Under the pieces are notes generated by a model that made no database searches, had not been told where the DNA came from, and saw nothing but the letters and a program-made list of their open reading frames with translations. A DNA stretch of 61,366 nt, the filler included, from Chiloscyllium plagiosum (lineage: Eukaryota), in NCBI RefSeq assembly GCF_004010195.1. It is 3 parts of one record of this genome, joined end to end, with 100 filler letters (N's around TTAATTAATTAA, not from the genome) between each part and the next. Parts side by side here need not be neighbours in the genome. Positions count along the whole stretch, not along the records: positions 1 to 28,393 come from NC_057717.1; 2 more parts are not named here. One strand, written 5' to 3'. Made by a program: the position numbers and the translations under genes. Position 1 is the first letter of the stretch. Every line of letters starts with the position of its first letter. Shown here piece after piece: positions 12,476 to 25,736 of this stretch.

Positions 12476-12524
12476 GATCTAGTTTCCACCATCTGCAGTC
12501 ATTGTTTTTACCATATAACTTCAT

Positions 12525-12610
12525 TCCCCATTCCTGTGAAGGGCTTATGCTAAAACGTCGATTCTCCTGCTGCCTGACCTGCTGTGCTTTTCCAGCGCTA
12601 CACTTTTTGA
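12525..12610 (+). mobile_element. Second pseudo-LTR fragment in tandem after the hairpin
   Basis: CCTGTGAAGGGCTTATGCTAAAACGTCGATTCTCCTGC..GACCTGCTGTGCTTTTCCAGC. Confidence 0.7.
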
Positions 12611-12666
12611 TGTATGTAAATTAATTAGCTACAAAAATATGTCAGGAGGGAGAACTCGTGCACGAA

Positions 12667-12770
12667 TACGGTGGCACAGTGGTAAGTACTGCTGCTTCAC
12701 AGCGCCAGAAACCCGGGTTCAATTTCTGTCTCGGGCAACTGTCTTTGTGGAGTCTGCGTGGGTTTACAGC
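12667..12770 (+). mobile_element. HE1-like SINE 5' head only (paralog ~27605-27705 -)
   Basis: ACGGTGGCACAGTGGTAAGTACTGCTGCTTCACAGCGCCAGAAACCCGGGTTCAATT. Confidence 0.8.
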
Positions 12771-14755
12771 AGGCAATGGGGATTCATATTCCTTCCCATA
12801 TGCTAGGGCTTCAATTAATATATACCATCCAGACTCATCTTTTTTCTGGCTTAGCATTTGGAAGGGAAGATTCTTCCCAGTAAGATTGGCAACTCCCCTA
12901 ATTTTTGAGCTGTAAATTGAAAAGAACACCACGCCAAATCCACCCTGTTGCAGCTTCGAATGCACCTTATCAAGTAGATGTGTCTCCTGTAGAAGGGCTA
13001 CATTCAACCATTTCTTTTTTTAAGACTTGATGCTTTTTCTTTCCTTTTGATTAATGAGTGGCTCCCCTTGACATTACCGGTGCACCAGCTAAACGAATGA
13101 CTCGCCATGATAGTCCAAGCAAGCCCGAGGCCCCACAGGAGGAAGAACCCCACCCAAAAGACATTGAATAAAAACCAAAAATGATTCACACATAGAACTT
13201 TCTTTAAAACAGCTGAATCAAAACAACTAAGAACTTTTCCTAGAAACAAATAACATAAACATATGTAAGACGAGACTTCCCCCTTGTTCAGAGGAGGCAC
13301 TACTACCTTCCAATAATCCCACCATGCCATCTCCCAGCCAGACGCATGCCCTCGGCCCAGGCATTACAAAGTAGACTAAATAAATTCCAACACACTTATA
13401 AGGCAGGAGGTAAAAGTGGCGACGCCCCCACATCAACACCTCGATACACTTCGCAAAACAATACAAGATAAAAATACATAAAATTACAAAATTACAATCC
13501 CAGCAAGTAATAAGCAACCAAATAAAAAAAACACTCAGAACGACACCCAATAATCAAATAAACCGGACGAGCTATAGATAAGAGTCCATAGAAAGGATAA
13601 GGAACTCCCCCACCACCATGGAAAGATAGAGTAGAGAAAAAAGGAAGAAAGGAGGAGGAAAAAGAACAGAAAAGTGGGGGGGGGGGGAGGGCAAAATAAA
13701 GTCATTATCCATACAGTTCAAATCATGCAGTCTATTTGAGAGCATCCAGGAATTCTTTTACTTTTTCCGGTGAACTGAAGTCATATATCGATCCTCCATG
13801 ACATGACTGCAGCATAGCATTGCTGGATATCTCATAGAATATTGAATATTAAAATCCTTCAGACGCTTCTTCGCCTCATCAAGTGCCTTCCTCTTGTGGA
13901 CCACAGCCAGAGAACAACATTATCCTCGAGTCCTTGTATATCATGCCATGGGGATCCTTCCCCAACACTCTGGTGGACTCTCGCAGCATCTGTTTTTCCC
14001 TAGAATGTTGAAGTTGAACTAGGACCTGGCGGGGGCGCTGGTCCGACCTGAGCCGGCGCACAGCAACCTAATGGGCCCGCTCAACCCGCAACTGGCCCAG
14101 CTCCGACTCCAGTTTCACCAGCTGTGGGAGCCATTGTTCCAGGAAATCAACAAGCTGACCTTCCTCCTTCCGTTCGGGAAGGCCCAGCAACAGAATATTT
14201 TTCGGATGACCTCGATTTTCGAGGTCATCAATATGTTCATCTAAGGTCGGGACTCGATGGTCCAGAGCCCAGACCTGACCCATGGATGACTCAGCAGTGT
14301 TCTCGGAGGCCGTGGCCCTTTGCTTTCACCTCTCTCGACACGCTGCCCGAGTTTCTCGTTCTCTCCGTCATGTTTCTGCAGTATGACCGAGATCGACTCC
14401 CACCTGAACTGCGTCTCTTCAATGATCTCATCAATCTTCTCTCAGAGTTTAAGAAACTCCGAGATTAGGCTGGCCCCTGCAGGTCAGGGCCCCGGGGCGG
14501 CCTCAGACGTCTCTGTTGCTAAAAGGTAGTGGGGGAGAAGTCCCTGCCTGTTGTGAACTGCGAGAACATTTACCTTCGGTCATTTTAAAAAAGCATCAGA
14601 CTGCTAAAGTTTGATGTAGAATGGCGAAGGATGCTGGGAAAAACTATTTTCGCAACTTAGCAGGTGAGGTGACGGTGGATACCCCACTCTGCCTGAGTCT
14701 TTGGCAAAGCTCTGCAGACTGAGACCGACTTGGTCGCCGCCACCTTGGATCTCGC
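12770..14755 (-). mobile_element. L1-clade LINE 5' half: 5'UTR, ORF1, spacer and start of ORF2 endonuclease; decayed
   Basis: ORF1 motifs DDLENRGHPKNILLLGLPE, VERAH, RPRQVLV; endonuclease motifs GNVKG, VALLQETHL, SSKIRGVANL, KDESGWYI. Confidence 0.88.
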
Positions 14756-15535
14756 TGACACCCTGTTTAAAAGGGGAATAAGGCAAAAGACAGAAAATTA
14801 CAAGCTGATTAGCCTAACCCCAGTCGTGGGTACGTTCCTGGAATCCATTGTGAAGGATGAGATTTCTGAATAATTGCCAGTGCGTGGTAAAGTAGGGCGA
14901 AGTCAGTATGGTTTTATCAAGGGGAGGTCATGCTAATGAATCTGTTAGAACGCTTTGAGGAAGTAGCAATCAGGTTAGACCTAAGAGAGCTAATGGATTC
15001 TATGTATCTGGACTTCAATAAGGATGTTAACAATGTGCTTCACAGGAGGCTGCTGAGTAAGACAAGGGCCCATGGTATCAGAGACAAGGTACTAGTGTGT
15101 ACAGAAGTTTGACTGTCTCGCAGAGGGTAGCGAGTGGGAATAAAAGGGTCCTTCTCGGGATAGCTGCCAATGACAACTGGTATTCCACAAGGGAACCACA
15201 ACTTATTACTTTGTATATTAACAATCTAGGTGAAGGAACTGAGGGCACACCGGCGAGGTTTTTAGATGATGCAAAGGTAGGTAGAGGATCAGATATCATT
15301 GAGATGGCAGGGAGACTGCAGAAGGATTTAGACAGGGTAGGAGAGTGGGCAAAGACGTGGCAGATGGAGTACAACCTGAGAAAGTGCGAGGTGATGCTTT
15401 TGAATAGAAAGAAGAGAGGCATGGACTATTTTATGCCTGGGGAGAAAATTCAGAAGTCTGAAGTGCAGAGTGTTGCGAGTTCCAGTCAGGATTGTCACAA
15501 TGTAAATGTGTAGGTTGTGTCAGTGGCTAGGAAGG
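14756..15535 (+). mobile_element. CR1 RT fragment (paralog ~24980-25736 -)
   Basis: YLDFNKD, LYINNLGEGTEG..FLDDAKVG..LQKDLDRVGEWAKTWQMEYN. Confidence 0.88.
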
Positions 15536-15580
15536 GGCTGTATCTGCCGCACAGTGTGTTTCAAATTTTATATTAGGCAA

Positions 15581-16080
15581 NNNNNNNNNNNNNNNNNNNN
15601 NNNNNNNNNNNNNNNNNNNNNNNNNNNNNNNNNNNNNNNNNNNNNNNNNNNNNNNNNNNNNNNNNNNNNNNNNNNNNNNNNNNNNNNNNNNNNNNNNNNN
15701 NNNNNNNNNNNNNNNNNNNNNNNNNNNNNNNNNNNNNNNNNNNNNNNNNNNNNNNNNNNNNNNNNNNNNNNNNNNNNNNNNNNNNNNNNNNNNNNNNNNN
15801 NNNNNNNNNNNNNNNNNNNNNNNNNNNNNNNNNNNNNNNNNNNNNNNNNNNNNNNNNNNNNNNNNNNNNNNNNNNNNNNNNNNNNNNNNNNNNNNNNNNN
15901 NNNNNNNNNNNNNNNNNNNNNNNNNNNNNNNNNNNNNNNNNNNNNNNNNNNNNNNNNNNNNNNNNNNNNNNNNNNNNNNNNNNNNNNNNNNNNNNNNNNN
16001 NNNNNNNNNNNNNNNNNNNNNNNNNNNNNNNNNNNNNNNNNNNNNNNNNNNNNNNNNNNNNNNNNNNNNNNNNNNNNNNN
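15581..16080. other. Assembly gap 2 (500 N), at the strand switch of the large palindrome
   Basis: Run of N; repeat orientation flips across it. Confidence 1.
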
Positions 16081-19000
16081 ACATGTCAACTCATTCCATT
16101 ATCACATCTTTCAGCCGGTCTGATAATACTCCCAGCATGTACGTAAGCTGGAATATAACACCTGGAATACACTGTACCTCGGAGTTCTTCAGTCATTTCC
16201 TGTGTGTTATCAACCTGCTCAAACCATGAACCACAACTCTAACTCTGGCACTGAATGAATATCTGTAGAATTGTAAGTTTTCTTTTTAGAAAAAATGCAT
16301 TCATCAAGTGCAACTTTCCAGAACTGAGCAGTCAGCTCCACATGCAATGAGTTTCTGATGGTTAATTCCCCGCTCAGTGTGCAGGTGGCTCAGCCCTCAG
16401 TAATGGAGAAAGTGAGGACTGCAGTTGATGGAGATCAGAGTCAAAAAGTGTGGTGCTGGAAAAGCACAGCAGGTCAGGACGCATCGAGGGGCAGAAGAGT
16501 CGATGTTTCCGTCATAGACTCTTCATCAGGAAGTCACTGGTGCATTCCTTTTTTATATTCCATGATTCACAGAATGTTGGGGACTGTACTTACTCAGGAA
16601 GGCAGCACTGTATATTGCACTGAAATGGAAAGTAGTCAATCGGTTGGTTGGACAGTGTGTAGAAAAGTTGAAGGGAAGTATAGACTGATGGAATGAATTA
16701 CAAACGTAAGGATAGGTCAATCCCCTGGGCCAGATGGGGTTACCCCAGTTTACTCCAGGAAGTGACGGGAGAGATTGGTGTGCCTTTGGCGATGATCTTT
16801 GCGTCCTCACCGTCCACTGGAGCAGTGCCAGCCAGATGATTGGAGGGGGACAAATGTTATTCCCTTGTTCAGGAAAGGGAATAGGGATAACTCTGGGAAT
16901 GACCGAACAGTCAGTCTTACATCAGTGTTTGGCAAAGTATTGCAGACGTTTCTGTGAGACCATATTTACAATTATTTAGAAAACGATAGATGATTAAAGA
17001 TAGTCAGCATGGCTTTGTGAGGAGCAGGTCATCACTCAGAAACCTTATTGAGTTCTTCGAAGATGTAAAAAACACGTTGATGAAGGTAGACCAGTAGATT
17101 TGGTGAACTAAAATTTTAGCAAGGCGTTCCCAATTGCAGGCTCATTCAGAAGGTACGGAAGCATGGCGCGCAGAGACATTTGGCTGTTTGGATACGGGCG
17201 TGGCTGGCCCATAGAAGACAGAAGATGGTAGCAGATGGAATGTAGTCAGCCTGGAGCTCAGTGACCAGTGGCGTTCCACAGGGATCGGCTCTGGGACTTG
17301 TGCTGTTTGTGATTTTTATAAATGACTTTGATGAGGAAGTGGACAAATAGGTTCGTAAGTTTGCCGATGACACGAGGGTTGATGGGGTTGTGGATAGTGT
17401 GGCGGGCAGTGTAGGTTGCAAAAGGATATTGACAGGTTGCAGAACTGGGCTGACAAGTGACAGGTAGAGTTCAACCTTAAAAAGTATGAAGCAATTTATT
17501 TTGGAAGATTGTATTTGCATAAGCAATGCAGGGTTAAAGGCAGAATTCTTGGCAGTATGGAGTGACAGAGGGATCTTGGGGTCATTTTCCATAGATCTCT
17601 CAAAGTTGCCACCCAAGTTGATAGGGTTGTTCAGAAGGAATACGGTGTGCTGTCTTTCATTATCAGGGGGATTGAGTTTACGAGCATCCAGGTTATTTAT
17701 TCGCTCTTTAAAGATGTAGTTCAACCACACTTGGAATATTGTGTTCAGTTCTGGTTGCCTCATTATCGGAAACACTTGGAAGCCTCAGAGAGTGTGCAGA
17801 GGAGACTTACCAGGGTGCTGTCTGGACTGGAGGGCATGTCTTACAAAGAAAGGTTGAGCGGCTAGGGCTTTTCCCCAGTGATCGTAGGAGAGTCAGATAC
17901 ATTAGGGATATTTAAGAAGACTCTTGGATAGGTTATGTAGATTAGTCTGATCTTAGAGTAGGATAAAAGGCTGACAAAACATTGAGGGCTGAAGTGCCTG
18001 CACTGTGCTGTAATGTTCTATGTTTCAGGTTTCATAAGATTGTGGGTTCTCATCAGTTGGTGAATGTATGAAGGAGTGAGGTGTGTAAGGGTGTGAGGTG
18101 TGTGAGGTCAGGAAGGTGGGGAGGGGCGTTAGACCAAGACTTGCATTCAGCTGAGTGTCAGCACAGTATGTGTGGTGATCGAGACCAGACAAAATTCACC
18201 AAGTTCAGTTTTTCGAACGATTTTTGGCTTACCGTTTGCTCCTTGTTTCTTCAGATACATTCTGCTGGGTGACCTATGAATTAGCATCTGAGCATCCACA
18301 GACATGTATAATTTTATTTTGATACTGTTGAATGTGAAGGTACATTTATTGGATATAGTTTCAGAGGGTTCACTGTGAGACACAAAATGCTGCAATAGAC
18401 TGTCAATTGTGAACGTTTCCACCCAGTGTCTGGTCCAGAGGGCAGATGTATGGAGTCTGCGGTACATGCCAGATGTCATGCCAGATGTCAATTAAGGAAC
18501 TTGTGCGATGTGATTCTGACACTTCATGTCCATACATCTGCTTCCTGAGCCAGGCTCTGACTGATGATGAATTTAAAAGGCATGGTTCCTGGCCAGTCAT
18601 TGGTATCTAATTTAGACAGCATTTGTACCTACACTGAGAGCAGTGATAGCTGTTGGTTTCTTTCCTCCTGCTCAAGGCGGATCCCAAATGATTCTCTGTG
18701 AGGGAATGTTTGAATGACTGCCCTGACCCAGGTTGGAAACTCTCTTCACAGATTCAGGGCCAGGCCAGTGTCTCTCTGAGTGCTACATGCAGCTATGAGG
18801 TCCAGTAGCACTGTACTCGAATTCACCCTTTTGAAATCCACTTTTAATGTTGGTCATGATGCAAAATGATGGGTCCACTGACCTGCACGATAATCAGGAG
18901 TTTGCCATGTTTGTGAATTGTGCAATAACAAGGTATGAGCTACAATTATTCAACTGAACAATAACTGCATCATCTCTGAAAACAATGACATTGATTCTAT

Positions 19001-20200
19001 GTTGATGGAATTAAAATATAAATACCGAACGACCTTGCATTATACAAAAGCAAAGAATGCACATTTTGTTTATTATCGAAAAAGAGCATGTTGTCTGACT
19101 ATGCTGCTGATCACTATTACGCATTGAATTTCAGTATTCAAATGCATACATTGTCGGTCTATCATTTGCAAAATAGTTGACATCTGACAGATTGAATATT
19201 CAGAATGAGCATTTGATGAAACAATCAAATAGAATTATAATATTTAAATATAATCAATCGATTTAACTTCTCACCTGAAATGTGTGAGCTTCAGTTATTT
19301 GCCAACAATTCTATTAGTTTTAAAACAATGATGGAAAAGGATAGACTAGATTTAAAAGTTGAAGTTCTAAATTGGAGAAAGGCCAATTTTGACGGTATTA
19401 GGCAAGATCTTTCAAAAGCTGATGGCGGCAAATGATCGCAGGTAAGCTGACGGCGAGAAAATGGGAAGCCTTCAGAAATTTGATAGCTGGAGTCCAGAGA
19501 CAGTATATTCTTGTTAGGGTAAAAAAAAAGGCTGGTAGGTATAGAGAGCGCCGAATGACTAAAGACATTGCGGGGCTGGTTAAGAATAAGAAGGAAGGAG
19601 ATGACAGGTACAGACAGGATAGGTCGAGTGAATCCTTGGAACAGTATAAACGCAGGAGGAATATTCTAAAGAGGAAGATCTGGAAGGCAAAAAGGGGACA
19701 TGAGATAGCTTTGGCAAATAGAGTTAAGGAGAATCCAAAAGGATTTTACAAATACATTGAGAACAAAAGGATAAACAGGGAGAGAAAAGAGCCCTCAAAG
19801 ATCAGCAAGGCGGCCTTTGTGTGGAGCCGCAGGAGATGGGAGAGATACTAAACGAGTATTTTGTATCAGTGTTTACTCAGGAGAAGGACACGGGAGATGT
19901 ACATATACGGATAAATAGACGATGATATCATGAAAAATGTCTATATTTCAGAGGAAGAAGTGCTGGATGTCTTGAAATGCATGAAGATGCAAAAATCCCA
20001 GGACCTGATCGATCAGGTGAAACTTGAAAGGGTTCAGAAAAGATTTACGTGCATGTTGCCAAGGTTGGAGGGTTTGAGCTAAAGCTGGAGGTTGAACAGG
20101 CTGGGGCTGTTTTCTCCGTTGGAGATTGAGGGGTGACATTATAGAGGTTTAAATAATCATGAGGGGCATGGATAGGGTAAATAGATAAGGTATTTTCCCT
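16081..20200. repeat. Segmental duplication copy 3; 16081-18230 is a direct repeat of 30550-32750
   Basis: ACATGTCAACTCATTCC at both 16081 and 30550 (offset 14469 bp). Confidence 0.92.
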
Positions 20201-20510
20201 GGAGTGGGGGAGTCCAGAACTAGAGGGCATAGGTTTCGGTTAGGAAGGGAAAAATGTACAAGAGATGTAAGGGACATTTTTATTCAGAGGGGTGTACGTG
20301 CGTGGAATGAACTGCCAGAGGAAGTGGTGGTGGTTAGTCCAATTGCAACATTTAGATGGCGTCTGGATAGGTATATGAATAGAAAGTGTTTAGAGGGATA
20401 TGGGCTGAGTGCTGGCAGGTGCGACTAGATTGGGTTGGGATATTTGGTCGGCATGGACAAGTTGGACCGAAGGGTCTGTTTCCATGCTGTAAATCTCCTT
20501 GAGCTTGTGA
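19310..20510 (+). mobile_element. CR1 LINE with internal deletion and 3' tail
   Basis: AKRGHEIALANRVKENPKGFYKYI; the sequence jumps from CCCAGGACCTGATC straight to the C-terminal region; tail GGACCGAAGGGTCTGTTTCCATGCTGT. Confidence 0.88.
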
Positions 20511-20634
20511 CTGTAATTTAGAAATGACAATAATTTGACATGCACTATCAAATAAATAAATCGTTTACATTATTAATTTGTAGCATACAATAAGTTGAAA
20601 ACTTGCTATTTTTAGAATGAATGATAAAGGACAA

Positions 20635-22655
20635 AGAACATTCGAACATAAGAACAGACCCTTCGACCCTCCTAGCCTGTGCTGATCCAGATCCTCCTAT
20701 TTTCTAAATCTAAGGGCCTGTATTCCGCTGCTCCCTCCCCATTCATGTTTCTGTCTAAATACATCTTAGATAACGCTATCGTTCCTGCCCCTACCACCTC
20801 TGCTGGCCACACGTTCCAGGCTGCCACCACCCTATGTGTAAAGAACTTCCCACATATATCTGCTCTAAACCCTTCCTCTCTTACTTTGTACTCATGACCC
20901 CGAGTAATTGAGTTCCACAAACTGGGGAAAAAGCTTCTTGCTATCCACCCTGTGTATATCTGTCTTGATTTTGTAGACCTCAACCTTCGACTATGAAACG
21001 AAAATAGTCCTAATCTACTCAATCTTTCTTCATAACCAGCACCGTCCAACCCAGGCAGCATCCTGGTAAACCTACTCTGAACGCTAGTCAAAGCATCCAC
21101 ATCCTTTTGTTAATGTGGTGACCAGAACGACATGCAATATTCCAAATGCGGCCAAACCAAAGTCTTACGCAACTGTAACATGACCTGCCAGCGCTTGTAC
21201 TCAACAAAAGATCCAATGAAGGAAAGCACGGTGGCACAGTGGTTAGCACTGCTGCCTCACAGCGCCAGAGACCCGGGTTCAATACCCGCCTCAGGCGACT
21301 GACTGTGTGGAGTTTGCACGTTCTCCCCGTGTCTGCGTGGGTTTCCTCCGGGTGCTCCGGTTTCCTCCCACAGTCCAAAGATGTGCAGGTCAGGTGAATT
21401 GGCCATGCTAAATTGCCCGTAGTGTTAGGTAAGGGGTAAATGTAAATGTAGGGGTAGGGGTATGGGTGGGTTGCGCTTCGGCGGGGCGGTGTGGACTTGT
21501 TGGGCCCAAGGGCCTGTTTCCACATTGTTAGTAATCTAATCTAATCTAATCATGCCATATGCCGCTTTGACCCTTTACTCACCTGTGTTGGCATCTTCAG
21601 GAAACAATGGACCCAAACACTCAGATCTCGCTGGAAGGGAGTTTTCCCAAGGACTTTTCTGTTTACTGTGTTGTTCACTCTTGAACTGGTTCTTTCAAAA
21701 TGCATCACCTCGCATTTGCACAGATTGAACTCCATCTGCCATTTCTGTGCCCATCTCTCCAATCTATCTATATTCTGCTGTATTCTCTGACAGTCCCCTT
21801 CACTATCTGCTACTCCAACAATCTTGGTATCAACTGCAAACTTGCTAATCAGGCAACCGATATCTTCTTCCAAATCATTGATATATATCACAAACAACAG
21901 TGGTCCCAGCACAGATCGCTTTTGCATACCACTGGTCATAGGTCTTCATTTTGAGAAATCCCCTTCCACTATTACTCTCTGTCTCCTGTTGCCCATCCAG
22001 TTCTCTATCCATCGAGATAGAACACGCTGGACCCCATGCAACTTCACCTTCTTCATCAACCGACCACAATGAACATAAGAAACGCCTTACTCAAGTCCCT
22101 CTGTATCTTCTCCAGCAGCTTGCCTACCACTGATGTCAGTCTTGCCGGTCTACAGTTACCTGGATTATCCCCGCTATCCTTCTTAAACAAGGGGACAATG
22201 TTAGCAATTCACCAATCGTCCGGGACCTCACCCATGTTCCATCATCCTGCAAAGACATACGTTAAAGCCCCAGTATTTCCAACACTCACATCCCTCAGTA
22301 ATCTGAGTTTGATCCCATCCGGACTTGGGGGCTTGTCTTCCTTAATACCTTTAAGAGTATCCAAAACTTCCTCCCTCATTATGTCGACTTGACCCAGAGT
22401 ACTCAGAGATCCTTCCCTAAACTCAACATCCGTCATGTCCCTCTCCTTGGTGAATACAGATGCAAAGTACTCACTAAGAATCTCACCCATTTTTTCTGAC
22501 TCCACGCATAACTTTCTTCCTTTGTCCGGTGTGGGCCAAACATTTCTCTATTTACCCTTTTGCTCCTTATATATGAAAAGAACTCTTCGGGATTTTCCTC
22601 AACCCTGTTTGCTAACGATATCTCAGGACCACTTTTAGCCCTCTTAAATCCTCGA
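20635..22655 (-). mobile_element. CR1 LINE interrupted by an HE1-like SINE
   Basis: SVLGPLLFVIYINDLEE..KFAVDTKI..WQMEFN; VQSRFTRMLPGL; EYFASVFT. Confidence 0.9.
21226..21550 (+). mobile_element. Young full-length HE1-like V-SINE
   Basis: A box TGGCACAGTGG, B box GGTTCAATACC, conserved body and (AATCT)n tail; splits the host CR1 at GGAAAG|CATGCC. Confidence 0.92.
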
Positions 22656-23018
22656 TATTTACTGTGAAATGTGGCTATTGAAAGTAAAATAAACATTTGT
22701 TCGTGCGAATGGGAACTCAGACCTTTTCAAAGTGTTTTGTGCAAAAAAATATTTGAAATCCGTCTCAGTGCAAATAAAAAGCAAGAGAAGAAACCTCTTG
22801 GGAAGAGTAATTTTCAGCCACTGTCCCCCAAAATACTTCTGAGGTAGAAAAGAATGAGGGCTTGTAACCAGAGCACAACAGTTACTATGGGTGGTTTGAA
22901 CATGCAAATTGGCTCAATTAATCAACTTGACAGTGATATCCTTGAATAAAGATTCATAGAGTGTCTGGGAGATTATTTCTGAGAGTAGGACGCCATGGAA
23001 CCAACCAGAGAATGGGAC

Positions 23019-23290
23019 GGCACGGTGGCTCAGTGGTTCAGCACCAGGGTCCCAGGTTCGATTCCAGCTTTGGGGGACTGTATTCGTCTAGTTTACACAT
23101 TCACCCCTGTCTGAGTGGGTTTCCTCCAAAGATGGGCAGGTCAGGTGCATTGGCCGTGCTAAATTGCCCATAGAGTTAGGTACATTACTCAGAGGGAAAT
23201 GGGACTGGGTGGGTTACTCTTCGGAGGGTCGGTGTGGACTTGTTGGGCCGAAGGTCCTGTTTCCATACTGTAGGGAATCTGATCTAATTT
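23019..23290 (+). mobile_element. HE1-like SINE within old CR1 sequence
   Basis: GGCACGGTGGCTCAGTGG..GGTTCGATTCC..GGACTTGTTGGGCCGAAGG. Confidence 0.85.
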
Positions 23291-23664
23291 AGATTTGATA
23301 TTATGTAACAAGATAGGATTGATGGATGAGCTTTGCCTTGGAAGGAGAAACCACAACTTGCTGAAGTTTCACATTCAGACTGAAAGAGTGAAGACTGAGT
23401 CATACATGAGAGTTTAACAATGATAATTATACTGGCCGAAGGAAGGATTTGGCTGTGGTGGACTGCGGGGAGAAAAGAACAGTCAAAGACAGGACAGCTG
23501 AAGAAATTTCGTAATAATTAGGGAGATACTAAAGAACAAAGAGGAATTGCATAATGGAGAAAAATCATCCATATCTTGAGAAGGAAGTCAAGGATAACAT
23601 GAAGGCAAATCCCAGTGCATATCATACTACACACGTTAGTCACACTGTAGAAATTGGGCAACTC

Positions 23665-23870
23665 AGTGGCCTCGTGGTGTTATAATTGAATTCCTATGTG
23701 ATAAACCCAGATAATGTTCGAGTTACCTGGATTCAAATCCTGCCACAACAAGTGGCGGAACTTAAATTTAAATCTGGAAATAAGAGACTGATGGTGGTTA
23801 TGAATCGATTGCCAAGAAAAACTCACCTGGTTCAATGATATCCTTTGGCGAAGGAAGCTGCCATTCTACC
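23665..23870 (+). mobile_element. tRNA-derived SINE, family 3 (related: ~39085-39430 +, ~48835-49165 -, ~59645-59915 -, ~60460-60730 +)
   Basis: B-box-like GGATTCAAATCC and shared body CTGGTTCA.TGAT.TCCTTT.G.GAAGGAA. Confidence 0.6.
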
Positions 23871-24299
23871 ATTGATTCACAACTCTCAGACTGAAGACGT
23901 TCTCCTTATCTCCATTCTAAAGATTTTATCTTGACTCTCATGCTATGTCCTTGGGTCCTTTCTCTCCTAACAGTGGAAGCATCTTCCCAACATCTACTCT
24001 GATCAGGCAATCAGTATTCTGTATGCTTCTATTAGAGCCCCATTCACCCTTATACACTCCAGCGAGTATAGACCCAGAGACCTCATATGTTGAGCTTTTC
24101 ATTCCTAGGACCAATCTTATGAAGCTCCTCTGAACACGCCCACGGGTGGTACATTCTTTCTGAGTTATGGGGCCCAGTACTGTACACAATACGCTAAATG
24201 TGTTCTGATCAGAATCTTATAGAGCCGCAGAAATCCATACCTGCTATAATATTCAAGTCATCTCAAAAGAAATGCCATCACTGTATTTGCCTTTCTGAC

Positions 24300-24976
24300 C
24301 AGACAGGCCACCTGAAATAATAATGTTACGATAGACAATAGTACATTTACCATGGAATTACAATAATGAATAATGATTAAAGCATGCTGGGAAGTAGAAC
24401 GCAGCCTTGACCAAAGTCTCTGTGCTCATCCACATGCTGCAGAACCCAGACAAGCTGCAGCTACCCAGAGATTGTTTGCAAACAAACCCTGACAGCTATA
24501 GACCCTGCAAAACACACCTGAAGATGGATCTGAATGGGACAATGGGATGTCGCCCTTGGGCCATCAATGTGACAAGCCCAGTTGGGTCTGATTGATCAGA
24601 GTAATTGATCATTCCATTGGCAGATTCTCCACACCCTCCCAAAAGGTGTGAATACTTGGGAGGATAAGAATCACCGTAAACCGCTCAGAGAGTGGTAACT
24701 TGAGAATAACCACTGAAAGATAAGACACCTACAAGGCAATCAGAAGAACAAGAAGACTTCGCCACGTGGAATCTGGTCATCTTCTGGTGGGGTGGTATGT
24801 GATCATCCAAAGTTACGTTAAACCATAAGATAGATTGTAGTGTTTTTCATTACATTATAATACGTTTAATTGTTCTAATATTAATTGTGTTCAATAAACA
24901 AATATCATTGTTTATAAGCGTTGACTCAGTTCTTTTGCTGAATATAAGATTTCAAACACACTGTGCGGCAGATACA
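24300..24976 (+). mobile_element. LTR-like insertion splitting a minus-strand CR1
   Basis: Non-CR1 ~670 bp block with AATAAA at ~24893 and ending ..GATACA; CR1 resumes at ~24980. No clear target-site duplication and the left boundary is ambiguous. Confidence 0.4.
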
Positions 24977-25736
24977 GCCCCTTCCTAGCTACTGACACAA
25001 ACTACACATTTATCTTGAGACAATCCTGACTGGAACTTCTGAATTTTCTCCCCGGGTATAAAATAGCCCATGCGTCTCTTCTTCCTACTAAGGTGCATCA
25101 CCTCGCACTTTCTCAGGTTGTACTCCATCTGCCACGTCTTTGCCCACACACCTACGCTGTCTAAACCCTTCTGCAGCTTCCCTGCCATCTCAATAATATC
25201 TGTCCCTCTACCTACCTTTGCATCATCTAAAAACCTCGCCGATGTGCCCTCAGTTCCTTCATCTAGATTGTTAATGTACAAAGTAATAAGTTGTGGTTCC
25301 CTTGTGGAACACCAGTTGTCATTGGCTGCTATCCCGAGAAGGACCCTTTTATTCCCACTTTCTACCCTCTGCTAGACAGTCAAACTTCTGTACACACTAA
25401 TATCTTGTCTCTGACAGCATGGGCCCTTATCATACTCAGCAGCCTCCTGTGAAGCACCTTGTCAACGTCTTTATTGAAGTCCAGATACATAGCAACCATT
25501 GGCTCTCCTTGGTCTAACCTGCTTGTTATATCTTCAAAGCGTTCTAGCAGATTCATTAGCATGACCTCCCCTTGATGAAACCATACTGACTTTGCCCTAC
25601 TTTACCATGCACTGGCAATTATTCATAAATCTCATCCTTCACAATGGATTCCAGGAACGTACCCACGACTGATGTTAGGCTAATCATTTTGTAATTTTCT
25701 GTCTTTTGCCGTATTCCCCTTTTAAACAGGGTGTCA

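Larger units (their letters stand above)
5009..15580. repeat. Segmental duplication copy 2; 5009-9111 inverted to 16081-20200 and 6891-15580 inverted to 24935-32752
   Basis: Anchors 5009/20200, 9111/16081 and 15580/24935; same order of TE insertions. Confidence 0.93.

Noticed and set aside
12159..12553. Similar peptides on both strands (VVLEEHSSSGSIR..) as a bidirectional gene
   Set aside because: A direct consequence of the DNA palindrome.
17146..17775. 209-aa ORF
   Set aside because: Antisense frame of a CR1 RT.
21226..21300. tRNA gene
   Set aside because: A/B boxes belong to a SINE head followed by SINE body and tail.
24282..24976. DNA transposon with TIRs TGTATTTGCC/GGCAGATACA
   Set aside because: The left motif is equally explained by host CR1 sequence, and no target-site duplication is visible.
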